Assembly (NCBI GenBank): GCA_049320885.1
Contig: JBMORA010000061.1
Location: 1 to 47,417, forward strand
Length of the DNA: 47,417 bases
From: Thermodesulfobacteriota bacterium
GTDB taxonomy: Bacteria; Desulfobacterota; Desulfobacteria; Desulfobacterales; SURF-7
Reading direction: 5' to 3'
Below the pieces are notes generated by a model. That model saw only the letters and a list, made by a program, of their open reading frames with translations, ran no database searches and was not told where the DNA came from. Positions 37,729-47,319 of this stretch are shown one piece after another; position 1 is the stretch's first letter; every line of letters starts with the position of its first letter. The position numbers and the translations under genes are program-made.

Positions 37729-40700
37729 GTTCATGGGGGCAAATTTCTCCAAGGCTGGTGTCTGAATATATCAATTTTAAATCCATGGACCCAGGGTGGA
37801 AGTATTGCCCGGACGACGGCACCATGTTTTCCAAGCAGGTCGAAGGGACAGCGCGGCTATACAATTTACTGTCGATCTATAACATCGCCCTGCTTGCCGA
37901 TGAGGTTGGCATGGGAAAAACCTATCAGGCCCTGGGGGTCGTCACCCTTCTCTGGAAACAGAATCCGGATGCCCGAATACTGATCATCGCTCCGAATAGC
38001 GCCCTGGCGGCCAACTGGTGCGATGAGTATGAATCCTTTGTCAAAAAAAATTATCGTCAGAGTGATAATATCGTCAGAACAAGTCTCGAAAATGCGCCGG
38101 TTTACTCTGCGCATTGTTGTTCAAATTTATCCGAAATTGTGCGGGTCGCAGCGGAAAGGTGGTGTCATCTTTATATCGCCAAAACGTCTTCGTTCAGTTA
38201 TGTCTTGAACGAAACTGCAGATACTTCCCCTTCAGAACGAGGGGAAATGGCCAAGAATCAGGCCGCTGCGCTGAGGAATCAGATTCCATTTCAATTTGAT
38301 TTGCTCATCGTTGATGAAGCCCATTATTTTCGCAATAAAAACGGTGGGAGCCTGCGTGTAAATTCGGCACAAGGATTTTTCGGCGGCAATGGCAATGGCT
38401 TTCTGGCAGACAAAGTGTTGTTGCTGACTGCCACACCGAATCATTCCAGTCTGGAGGATATCGGCAATATCGTTTCTTATTTCAATGAAGGTCTGGCCGG
38501 CCAGGCAGGCGGACAGATTCTCGAGAAGATTGGTATCCGAAGATTCCGACGGCTGGCCGGAAAGAACAAATACCAGTATCGCAAGGAAGTCGCCGATGCT
38601 TCGAGCTTCGGCACGGATACCGAAGCGGAACTGTTTTTTGCATTATACCAGAAACAGCTGGCGGAAAAATACAAGGGCATGGGCGGCCGCTCTTTCATGT
38701 ATGGCTATTTGGAAGGATTCGAGTCCATGACGCCCCCCCCTGAGCCCAGGGACGCGATGGATACGGACGAGAGCAATACAAACCAAGATCCCGATAATAC
38801 GGATTTCAGAAAAGGATTGGACATCAATATAATAAAAAATTTGGCAGAGGAATTCAAAAAAATCAGCGGCAGGCCGCCCGCGCATCCCAAATACAATACA
38901 TTTATCTCCGTTATCACAGACCGAATCACTGCTAAAGACGCCTGGAGCAGGACAGCGGATATACCGGAATTCAAACATCTGGTGTTCACGCGCCGGATCC
39001 CGTCGGTCACCGAAATTACAGGGCGTGTAAACCAGGTATATGACGAATGCTATTTAAAAAAAATTGGCGCTGCGATTGGACGGGATCTTTTGCCATTGCT
39101 GAAAATTCAGGGAACGGATGCGTTCAGGACTCAGTTTGATGCCGAGATCCATGCGGTCATTAAACCGGATGTGGAAGCTGATGATGAGGCCATGGATAAA
39201 ACGGGCGAAGAACAGGGAAACTTCGATGAACAGAACAGATATGTTGCTTCACGCGTTCTGGATCTCTTTACAATCAAGAAAAAAGGATCGCCAGATAGCG
39301 CGAAGGAACGGACCCATGCCGCTAATTTCCGGCTGAAATTCAACCGCCCGGAGAGTCCTTACTACCTTTTTTTCGAGCCCGCACCGGATTACAAGCATAG
39401 TGCTTATGCTTATTCAAGCTGGGAATTTGACAAGGAAAGAACGGATGACAATATCGTTGAGAAGAAAAAGAAAGATTATAAAAATAAAGCAGCTAAATCT
39501 CGTTTCAAGGAAACACGCCCGGGGATGCCGGATACGCTATGGGCCATTTTTTATAAATTGATCGAATCCGAAGACTACAAGAGCGTAAAGGAGAAACTAG
39601 ACGCTTTGAGTCCTGAATGGAAGGAGGCCTTTGCCAAGTTTCTTCACAAGGGTGTTTTACACGCTTCTTCAGCATTGATCGAACTTTATTGTTGGTATCT
39701 TGAAACACCGCAAAAAACCAGCAGAGTGGATTACGACGATTTTTTGGCGGTTGTGGTTCGGAATTTACCGAATTCACATCTTTTTGCCCTGCTCTGCGAG
39801 GCTACTGAAAATTTTCATCAATATGCAGAAAAATCATGCAAGCTGACAACTGTGGAGAAAGTCAAGAATGAAGAATGGCGATTTTTAAACAATCAAAATT
39901 CTGCTGCCGCCGTTACTGGAGCCACGCAGGGCCGGGAGAATCTTATCAAGGCTTTCAACTCTCCCTTTTTTCCAAATGTGCTGATCGCCACATCCGTTTT
40001 TCAAGAAGGCGTCAACCTGCAATTTTTTTGCCGGAACGTCCATCACTACGGTATTGCCTGGACACCGGGCGACAATGAACAGCGGGTGGGCCGTGTTGAC
40101 CGCCTTTTCAGCCTCACGGAGCGCCGGCTTGAAAATGGCAACACAAGCGAGTCGGCCTATCTCCTGAGTCGTTATCCTTTTTTAAAGAACACTCTGGATG
40201 AAACGCAGCTGATAAGCTTTTTGAAAAAAAAGATTCAGGTTGAAGATATCAATGACCGTTGCAAACCGGTTCAATCCAGCAAGGAAATCGATCTTGGCTG
40301 CAATATCAAGGAATGGCGCAGGTTGTTGCGCACGCCTATGGAAACGTCTGAAAAAGAGGATCCATACCCGGCCGCAAATTCAACAAGCGCTTCATACGCT
40401 CCCCAAACGGACCCCTTTCCTGAATTTGATCCTGAAGACATTCTTACGTTGATATATTGCACGATGAAAGAGATGAAAGACAGTGGAAACCTTCTTTCCG
40501 AATATCATTTTTATTTGCCAAGCAAAGATGACATAACCGACCCCCTGCCAAATCGCCGGAGATTGGCTGTTGTCAATACCGAGCTCAAGCAAGGTGTAAA
40601 TGAACCAGATCGACATCAGCCTTTTTTCATAGATTTGTTTTTCAACAGCCAGTTTTCTGGTCTTGTTGACGGTCTGGTTTATTGCCTGCGTTTTTTAACC

Positions 40701-41327
40701 CCCGTCACCGATGGTAAAATCAAAAACGCGAAATTCAAACAACTATATGAGAATTGGACTGAAAATACTTTTTTTTCAAAATATCCCCTGGTAAAGCTGG
40801 TTGACACAAAATCCCCAGAATTCAGATTCTGCATGGCCGTTGATTTTCCGATCTTCATTGATAAGGCGTCTCCATTGAATCTGGATAGCAATGAGGTCGC
40901 TTTGGGATTGGCCCAATTATTATTCTGCGCCGACAGGCTTGAGAAGGATACTTTTGTTAAAGAAAATCAAGACTTGGAAATCGAGCTGCACGGGTTTGTG
41001 GAGATGCGTTATAATACGGCCGCAAACAGCCTGGGGATAGAAAAACAAAAACAGCGGTTGCATCGAGTCGATACCTGTTGGGAAAATCGAGAAAACTGTC
41101 TTGTCCAAACATTTGCAGTAACCACTGATTACTTTAAACAATCTCGAAAAGATAATTATCCATCACTGTCAGCCAACTATGAAGTGCCGCTTTTGTGCTT
41201 TTTTGAAAACGCGACCGGTCCAAAATGCAGGTTTTCGTTCCCTTTTGTGGACTTGCAGTATAATGAGCTTCAATTATTGGTAAAATGGCTGGATCTACAT
41301 CAAAAAAGATTGGGAACAGATCGTTAG
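37725..41327 (+). CDS. Large SF2 (SNF2-like) helicase
   Basis: LLADEVGMGKT, LIVDEAH, LLTATP, LVFTRRIPSV, FNSPFFPNVLIATSVFQEGVNLQ, EQRVGRVDR; ATGA overlap with the PLD gene. Confidence 0.9.
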   Translation: MSSWGQISPRLVSEYINFKSMDPGWKYCPDDGTMFSKQVEGTARLYNLLSIYNIALLADEVGMGKTYQALGVVTLLWKQNPDARILIIAPNSALAANWCDEYESFVKKNYRQSDNIVRTSLENAPVYSAHCCSNLSEIVRVAAERWCHLYIAKTSSFSYVLNETADTSPSERGEMAKNQAAALRNQIPFQFDLLIVDEAHYFRNKNGGSLRVNSAQGFFGGNGNGFLADKVLLLTATPNHSSLEDIGNIVSYFNEGLAGQAGGQILEKIGIRRFRRLAGKNKYQYRKEVADASSFGTDTEAELFFALYQKQLAEKYKGMGGRSFMYGYLEGFESMTPPPEPRDAMDTDESNTNQDPDNTDFRKGLDINIIKNLAEEFKKISGRPPAHPKYNTFISVITDRITAKDAWSRTADIPEFKHLVFTRRIPSVTEITGRVNQVYDECYLKKIGAAIGRDLLPLLKIQGTDAFRTQFDAEIHAVIKPDVEADDEAMDKTGEEQGNFDEQNRYVASRVLDLFTIKKKGSPDSAKERTHAANFRLKFNRPESPYYLFFEPAPDYKHSAYAYSSWEFDKERTDDNIVEKKKKDYKNKAAKSRFKETRPGMPDTLWAIFYKLIESEDYKSVKEKLDALSPEWKEAFAKFLHKGVLHASSALIELYCWYLETPQKTSRVDYDDFLAVVVRNLPNSHLFALLCEATENFHQYAEKSCKLTTVEKVKNEEWRFLNNQNSAAAVTGATQGRENLIKAFNSPFFPNVLIATSVFQEGVNLQFFCRNVHHYGIAWTPGDNEQRVGRVDRLFSLTERRLENGNTSESAYLLSRYPFLKNTLDETQLISFLKKKIQVEDINDRCKPVQSSKEIDLGCNIKEWRRLLRTPMETSEKEDPYPAANSTSASYAPQTDPFPEFDPEDILTLIYCTMKEMKDSGNLLSEYHFYLPSKDDITDPLPNRRRLAVVNTELKQGVNEPDRHQPFFIDLFFNSQFSGLVDGLVYCLRFLTPVTDGKIKNAKFKQLYENWTENTFFSKYPLVKLVDTKSPEFRFCMAVDFPIFIDKASPLNLDSNEVALGLAQLLFCADRLEKDTFVKENQDLEIELHGFVEMRYNTAANSLGIEKQKQRLHRVDTCWENRENCLVQTFAVTTDYFKQSRKDNYPSLSANYEVPLLCFFENATGPKCRFSFPFVDLQYNELQLLVKWLDLHQKRLGTDR

Positions 41328-41425
41328 CTCCGCTTAATTTTTTCCGGCAGGATTTCGGATTTGTGAGAGATATCTTGACGCATTGAACAAATAGCATGTT
41401 TGATTTTTGGAATAAGGCTTCTGAT

Positions 41426-43276
41426 ATGGCCCAAATGATTCCACCTGATGTTGAAACCTTCACGACCGAAGGCGAAAAGCAGTTCTACCGGTTCCTGGAA
41501 AATGTCGCCAAGCCGGATTCGAATTTTATCGCCTGGTATACGCCGAACATCGATGGGAAGGAGCCGGATTTCGTTCTTTTCGGCAATACCATCGGCCTGG
41601 TTGTTTTTGAAGTGAAGGACTGGGGGCTTGAGCAGATCGTCGCGGCTGATCCGAATCAGTTCCGGCTCAATATGGGGGGCGTGACCGAGAACCGGAAAAA
41701 TCCTTACCGGCAGGCCCGGGAATATTTCTACCAGCTGATGAACCGCATCGAGCAGGACGGGCGACTTGTCTCGCAGGAGCCGGGACATCACGGCAAGCCC
41801 CGCATACCGATCACCTGCGGCGTCATCTTTCCCAATATCAATAAATATGAATATTCCCAAAAAGGCCTGGACAACATCATCGGCGCGACCAAGATCCTCT
41901 TCTGGGACGATCTGCACACCGCCTCGGATATTTGCACGGATCCGTCCGGCAAATGTTTCCAGGATGCCCTGGAAAGCATGTTCGAGCATCGATTCCGCTT
42001 TTCCGTCACGGTCAAGGAACTGGATCACCTGAAACAGCTGATTTTTCCCCTGGTGAAAATCGAACTGCCGGAACGGAAGGGGCAGGACACGTTTCAGCAC
42101 CATCTGAACCGGCTCAAATCCATTGATCACCATCAAGAAGCCCTGGCCCGCAGGTTCGACGGCGGCCACCGGATCATCAGCGGGCCTTCGGGTAGCGGGA
42201 AAACCCTCATCCTGGTCCATAAGGCCGCGTTCCTGAAAAAATACAATCCCGCGGTACATCGCCTATTGTTCGTCTGCTACAACATCACACTTGTGAATTA
42301 CATCCGGCGACTGCTGGCGGCCAAGGGCGTGCCCCTGGGGAAAAACGGCGTTGATGTTTGTCACATCTTCGAGCTTTGTTCCCTAATCGTCGGCGAATCC
42401 GTTCCGTATGAAAACGAGGATGCCGAATATTACGATATAGTGATACAGGAAGCGCTGGCCAGGGTGGCGACTTGCGGAATCCGCTATGACGCCATCCTGG
42501 TGGACGAAGGCCAGGACATGTCCGGCGATATGTACCGGGTTATTACGGCTCTTCTCAATCCCCGTACCAATCACCTGACCATCGTGCATGATGAAAACCA
42601 GAACATTTATCGCAAAAGCCACACGTGGAAAGATGTCGGTGTCCATGCCCGCGGGCGTGTTCACCGGATTTCCTATATTTACCGGAACACCATGGAGATA
42701 ACGAATTTCGCCGCGCGGTTTTTGGGCGCCTCGCCGGCGGACGGCCAGGGGGACAACCGCGGGCAACTGGAATTGTTTCCGGATTTTTTTGATTTTCATG
42801 GACCCGAGCCGGAGCTAATCCCGTGCGGCGGGCTGGAACAGTTACTGGATGGTATCGCGGACAGGATTACCGTCTTGACCCGTCACAACGGTCTGCCGTT
42901 CTCGGAGATCGCCGTGCTGTATTCCATGAAAACTCCCGGACGCCTCAATGGTGTCAACCTGCCCCTCGCGATCCGGGAACGCCTCGAAGGCGCCGGCATC
43001 TTGTGCACCTGGACGACCGAGAATTACCAGGCCAAACGATCCTATGATATCACGACCGACAGCGTCAGCATCAGCACCATCCACAGCGCCAAGGGCTTGG
43101 ATTATGCCTGTGTCTTTCTTGTCGGGCTGGATTTCATTGAATCGGAGCGGTGGTCCGAGGAACAGATCCAAAAACTGACCTATGTGGGCATCACCCGGGC
43201 GCGCTACCAATTATTCATTCCCTTTATCGATGAATGCGAATTGATCCGGAACCTGTTGAAAGCGAAAAAAGATTGA
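41426..43276 (+). CDS. NERD nuclease-SF1 (UvrD-like) helicase fusion, second copy
   Basis: MAQMIP...EGE...EPDFVL...VVFEVKDW (NERD); SGPSGSGKT, ILVDEGQD, DENQNIY, STIHSAKGLD, YVGITRA. Confidence 0.88.
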   Translation: MAQMIPPDVETFTTEGEKQFYRFLENVAKPDSNFIAWYTPNIDGKEPDFVLFGNTIGLVVFEVKDWGLEQIVAADPNQFRLNMGGVTENRKNPYRQAREYFYQLMNRIEQDGRLVSQEPGHHGKPRIPITCGVIFPNINKYEYSQKGLDNIIGATKILFWDDLHTASDICTDPSGKCFQDALESMFEHRFRFSVTVKELDHLKQLIFPLVKIELPERKGQDTFQHHLNRLKSIDHHQEALARRFDGGHRIISGPSGSGKTLILVHKAAFLKKYNPAVHRLLFVCYNITLVNYIRRLLAAKGVPLGKNGVDVCHIFELCSLIVGESVPYENEDAEYYDIVIQEALARVATCGIRYDAILVDEGQDMSGDMYRVITALLNPRTNHLTIVHDENQNIYRKSHTWKDVGVHARGRVHRISYIYRNTMEITNFAARFLGASPADGQGDNRGQLELFPDFFDFHGPEPELIPCGGLEQLLDGIADRITVLTRHNGLPFSEIAVLYSMKTPGRLNGVNLPLAIRERLEGAGILCTWTTENYQAKRSYDITTDSVSISTIHSAKGLDYACVFLVGLDFIESERWSEEQIQKLTYVGITRARYQLFIPFIDECELIRNLLKAKKD

Positions 43277-43410
43277 TTTCAATACAGAAATTACCCATTA
43301 TTCGCTATTCGAATCAGGAGAATAGATGATGGATCGCTCTGATCTTCTTACATTTGATGAAGGGAAAAGCCTTTAAGGACGGAAATGAATAAAGAGAGTA
43401 CCGAGCTAAA

Positions 43411-43497
43411 ACGGTTTATCCACAGATTACACGGATGGACACAGATGGAAGATCATAGGGACGTTTTTCGCCTTAGGCAGGGAAAAGATTTTTTTAA
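43411..43497 (-). repeat. Inverted, diverged copy of the CAGATT palindromic element
   Basis: ACGGTTTATCCACAGATTACACGGATGGACACAGAT...GGCAGGGAAA matches the reverse complement of 15060-15150. Confidence 0.7.
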
Positions 43498-43622
43498 AGA
43501 AGCCAGGGGCAGAGGAATACGCCACTCGTGCGGTCGATCTGATTGATATATTCAACTAAATGAGAACTGGGAGGTCCGCTTCATCGAGGAAGAGCTCATG
43601 AAACGGATGTGGGAGGCGATCT

Positions 43623-44699
43623 ATGAGCAAGGATAAGAATCCGTGGATTCCCGCGAATACCAAAACTCAGATTATTCGTTCGTCGGCTGCCGAATACCTG
43701 ACCTTTGTCGCGGCCGGCGGCACAGGCGGTGTCGAAGCGGTTTACGCCGATGAAAATATCTGGCTTACACAGAGAATGATGGGGCTTCTCTATGACGTGG
43801 AAACGCATACCATCAACTATCACCTGAAAAAGGTATTTGCCGACAGTGAACTGGAAGAGGACTCAGTTATTCGAAATTTTCGAATAACTGCCGCCGACGG
43901 TAAAAGCTACAACACCAAGCATTACAATCTCGCCGCCATCATCGCCGTGGGCTACAAAGTCAACTCCGAACGGGCCGTGCAGTTCCGCAAATGGGCGACC
44001 ACCATCATCGAGGAGTTCACCATCAAGGGCTACACGATGGATGACGAGCGTCTGAAGAATGACGGCTCCATCCTCACCCGGCAGTATTTTGAAGAGCAGT
44101 TGCAGCGCATTCGGGAGATTCGCCTCTCTGAACGCAAATTCTACCAGAAAATCACCGACATTTACGCTACGGCCATCGATTATGACGTCACGGCCCAGGC
44201 CGCCAAACGCTTTTTCGCCACCGTACAGAATAAACTGCATTGGGCCATTCACGGCCAGACTGCGGCGGAAGTCATCTATAAACGTGCCGATGCCGGAAAA
44301 GAGAATATGGGGCTGACCACCTGGAAGGACGCTCCGAGAGGAAAAATCCAGAAGTTTGATGTCTCCGTGGCCAAAAACTACTTGACTGAAAGCGAAATGG
44401 CGCAATTGCAGCGGCTGGTCTCGGCCTATCTGGATCTGGCTGAAGATAGGGCACTGCGGCGGATCCCGATGACCATGGAGGATTGGGAAATCCGCCTGAA
44501 CCGCTTCATCGAAGCCACCGACCGAAAAATATTGCAGGATGCCGGAAAAGTGACGGCAGAGATTGCCAAGGCCCATGCCGAAAGTGAATTCGAGAAATAC
44601 CGCATCATTCAGGATCGGCGGTTTGAAAGCGATTTTGACCGGATGATCAAACAGATCGGCCACGGGGAAACAGGCAGAGATGGTAGCGGGTCGGACTAA
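43623..44699 (+). CDS. rhuM: Virulence RhuM family protein
   Basis: IRSSAAEYLTF, IWLTQ, HYNLAAIIAVGYKVNSERAVQFRKWA, IREIRLSERKFYQKITDIYA, QNKLH, AKNYL. Confidence 0.9.
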   Translation: MSKDKNPWIPANTKTQIIRSSAAEYLTFVAAGGTGGVEAVYADENIWLTQRMMGLLYDVETHTINYHLKKVFADSELEEDSVIRNFRITAADGKSYNTKHYNLAAIIAVGYKVNSERAVQFRKWATTIIEEFTIKGYTMDDERLKNDGSILTRQYFEEQLQRIREIRLSERKFYQKITDIYATAIDYDVTAQAAKRFFATVQNKLHWAIHGQTAAEVIYKRADAGKENMGLTTWKDAPRGKIQKFDVSVAKNYLTESEMAQLQRLVSAYLDLAEDRALRRIPMTMEDWEIRLNRFIEATDRKILQDAGKVTAEIAKAHAESEFEKYRIIQDRRFESDFDRMIKQIGHGETGRDGSGSD

Positions 44700-44718
44700 G
44701 ATAATTGGTAAAATTATC

Positions 44719-44752
44719 TGTGACCGTATCTGACACACTGGTGTGATACTGA
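44719..44752 (+). promoter_or_regulatory. Putative WYL box copy D upstream of yhaO-yhaN
   Basis: TGTGAC-CGTATCT-GACACA-CTGG-TGTGATACT; same layout as 14583, 15210 and 16964 but flanks are unrelated. Confidence 0.65.
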
Positions 44753-44956
44753 ATAAAAATCAAAATTGGCCGCCCTCTGAAAAATGAATTTTATAATATT
44801 ATAGCGGGTTATCAAATTGGATGGACAAAATGTCATTGAGCTTTTCTTGGACAAATCGCTCCCATTGGATAAAAAACTATTAATCTAAACCGTTCTTAGA
44901 GCTATTAAATATCTGTACCGCATTTTCCGTAGATCTTTTTATTTGGGAGGCTATCG

Positions 44957-46201
44957 ATGCCGACATTTGTTCATGCAGCGGACATCCATCTGGATTCACC
45001 CCTCAGAGGGTTAATCTCGTATGAAGGCGCACCGTCAGCAGACGAAATTCGCGGTGCCACAAGACAGGCATTTGATAACCTGATCAAATTCATAATTGAA
45101 GAACAAGTGCCGTTATTGCTCATCGCCGGCGATCTGTATGACGGTGACTGGCATGATTTCAATACAGGTCTATATTTTACCAATCAAATGCGGAAACTGA
45201 AATCGGCAGGTGTGCGGGTGGCCATTGTCAGCGGCAACCATGATGCAGCTAATAGAATGACCAAGACCCTGCCCCTTCCAGACAATGTTAAGGTTTTTAA
45301 ATCCCGCAAACCCGAAACCTGGTGCCTGGACGATCTGGGCGTCGCTATTCATGGTCAGAGTTATGGCAATCAGGAGATAACCGATAACTTGGCGGTTTCT
45401 TATCCGGAGCCGGTAGACGGTTTACTGAACATCGGCTTGTTACACTGTTTGATTTCCGGAGCAAAGGGACACCTGCCATATGCTCCCTGCAGTTTGGATG
45501 ATTTGGCCGCCAAGGGATATGACTATTGGGCTTTGGGCCATGTCCATCAATTTTCCGTGTTGCGAGAACGACCTCACATAATATACCCCGGATGCAGCCA
45601 AGGACGGCACATCCGGGAGACCGGTTCAAAGGGGTGCGTACTGGTGGAAGCGGATTCCGTAGAATTTACCACAGAATTCGTCCCTTTGGATGTCTTGCGC
45701 TGGGTAAACGTGACGGTTGATATTACCGGTGTTGAAACCATGCCCCAGGTTGCAACTCGATTTGGCGATGCGCTTGCGCTTTCGATGGCGAATCAGGGGG
45801 GCCTACCCTGCTGTGTAAGGACAGTGCTGAAAGGGCGTTGTGGAATTCATGGCCGTCTTTGGTCTGATCCCTCGGCACTGACTGCGCAGCTTCAGGCGGT
45901 AGCAGCGGATATTTCTGGCAACAAAGCTTGGCTTGAAAAGGTTTTGGTGCAAACCGGGCCACTCATTGATTTCGATGGCCTGGCCAAGAGCGACACGCCT
46001 CAGGGAGAATTATTGCGATACTTGAATGAACTGGCTGCTGATCCTCAGGAACTGAATTTAGACCTGACAGCATTGCAGGCCAAATTGGCCGGTAGTGGAA
46101 TAGCGCTGCCTCAGGAGGATATGGGCCAGATGCTTTCCCATGCAAGAGACGTTTTACTGGCAGCCTTGGCGGATGCTCAGAACGAACAGGAGGTTGTATG
46201 A
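44957..46201 (+). CDS. yhaO: YhaO/Mre11/SbcD-like metallophosphoesterase DNA repair exonuclease
   Basis: FVHAADIHLDSP, IAGDLYD, GNHD, IGLLH, YAPC, YWALGHVH, QGRHIRETG. Confidence 0.92.
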   Translation: MPTFVHAADIHLDSPLRGLISYEGAPSADEIRGATRQAFDNLIKFIIEEQVPLLLIAGDLYDGDWHDFNTGLYFTNQMRKLKSAGVRVAIVSGNHDAANRMTKTLPLPDNVKVFKSRKPETWCLDDLGVAIHGQSYGNQEITDNLAVSYPEPVDGLLNIGLLHCLISGAKGHLPYAPCSLDDLAAKGYDYWALGHVHQFSVLRERPHIIYPGCSQGRHIRETGSKGCVLVEADSVEFTTEFVPLDVLRWVNVTVDITGVETMPQVATRFGDALALSMANQGGLPCCVRTVLKGRCGIHGRLWSDPSALTAQLQAVAADISGNKAWLEKVLVQTGPLIDFDGLAKSDTPQGELLRYLNELAADPQELNLDLTALQAKLAGSGIALPQEDMGQMLSHARDVLLAALADAQNEQEVV

Positions 46202-47319
46202 AGATCGAGACCCTCCGGCTTTCGGCCTTTGGACCGTTTACCGATAAACGGATTGACTTTTCAGGGAATGAAAATGGCCTTCACTTGGTTTTGGGGGCGA
46301 ACGAAGCTGGGAAAAGTACCGCCCTGCGAGCTATTCTATGCCTGTTGTATGGTTTCGGCCATAAGGTCGAGGATGCCTGGCTACATGGCAACAATAAAAT
46401 GGAGGTTGGCGGCACCCTGATGCTGGAAGATGGTAACCGCTTGAACCTGACACGCTACAAACGCCGTAGAAATGATTTGATTAATGCCGATACCGGGCAA
46501 ATTTGCACCCAGACAGAGCTGGATATCATTCTTGGGCGAATGGACCGTCAGGCTTTTGAACACGCATTCGGTATTTCCCACCACTCCCTGCGTCAAGGTG
46601 TTGAGAGCGTATTAGCTGCCGGCGGTGAGTTGGGGCAGGCTTTATTTGCCGCCACATCTGGCTTGAACACCCTAAAGCATGTGATGAACGCTTTGGCGGA
46701 AAAGCAAAACAGCCTTTTTACGCCACGTGCCCAGAATGCTGTTATTAACGCCGGAATTTCGAAGATTGAGAAACTCAGGAAGGAACTGCGCGATGTTTCG
46801 GCCAACCATCAGCACTGGAAACAGGAGAAAAACCTGCTGGACAATTTGCAGGAACGTGAAATCAAGGTGGCTGAAGAGCTAAGCACCTTGTCTGCGGAAA
46901 TCAGCATGCTGTCCCGCTATCGTGACGCTTCAAAATATGTCAGTCGTCAAATCCAGTTGCAGATCGAACTGGATAGCCTGGGGAGGGTGCCGAACCTGGA
47001 GGAAAATTTTTCTGAACGTAGAATTGCGACCCAATTGGCTATCAAAGTCGCCGAGCAGAATGAACAGAATCTGGTGCGTGAGATTATGGAGATTGACCGT
47101 AATCTTGACACCCTCACATTTGATAAAGAGATCATTGCCCATGAAAAGATGATCGAGGGGTTGGCAAAAGAGGTCAACGTCCACACAACCGCAGCGAAAG
47201 ACAGCAAAAAATTGCGGGCGGATATTCACCGGCACAGGGAGACGGGCCAACAGAACCTGAATCTTTTGCGCCCTGGGTTGTCCATAGATAACATCACTGC
47301 TGTCCGGTTAACTGATTAA
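46198..47319 (+). pseudogene. yhaN: YhaN/Rad50-like SMC-type ATPase, C-terminally truncated
   Basis: AFGPF, Walker A GANEAGKST and start of a coiled coil; stops at 373 aa without the C-terminal ABC signature/Walker B half, followed abruptly by AT-rich non-coding DNA. Confidence 0.75.

Noticed and set aside
41362..41382. Fifth WYL box (TGTGAG-AGATATCTT-GACGCA) upstream of the second NERD-helicase
   Set aside because: Spacer is 9 rather than 7 bp, the left arm is poor and the downstream TGTGMTA element is missing
41324..42259. 311-aa minus-strand ORF (also 43863-44738 and 17197-17928)
   Set aside because: Antisense to the NERD-helicase, rhuM and ARH genes, which carry clear family motifs
43554..43626. 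Possible C-terminal gene remnant (QLNENWEVRFIEEELMKRMWEAI) just before rhuM
   Set aside because: Looks coding but is too short to assign to a family by eye
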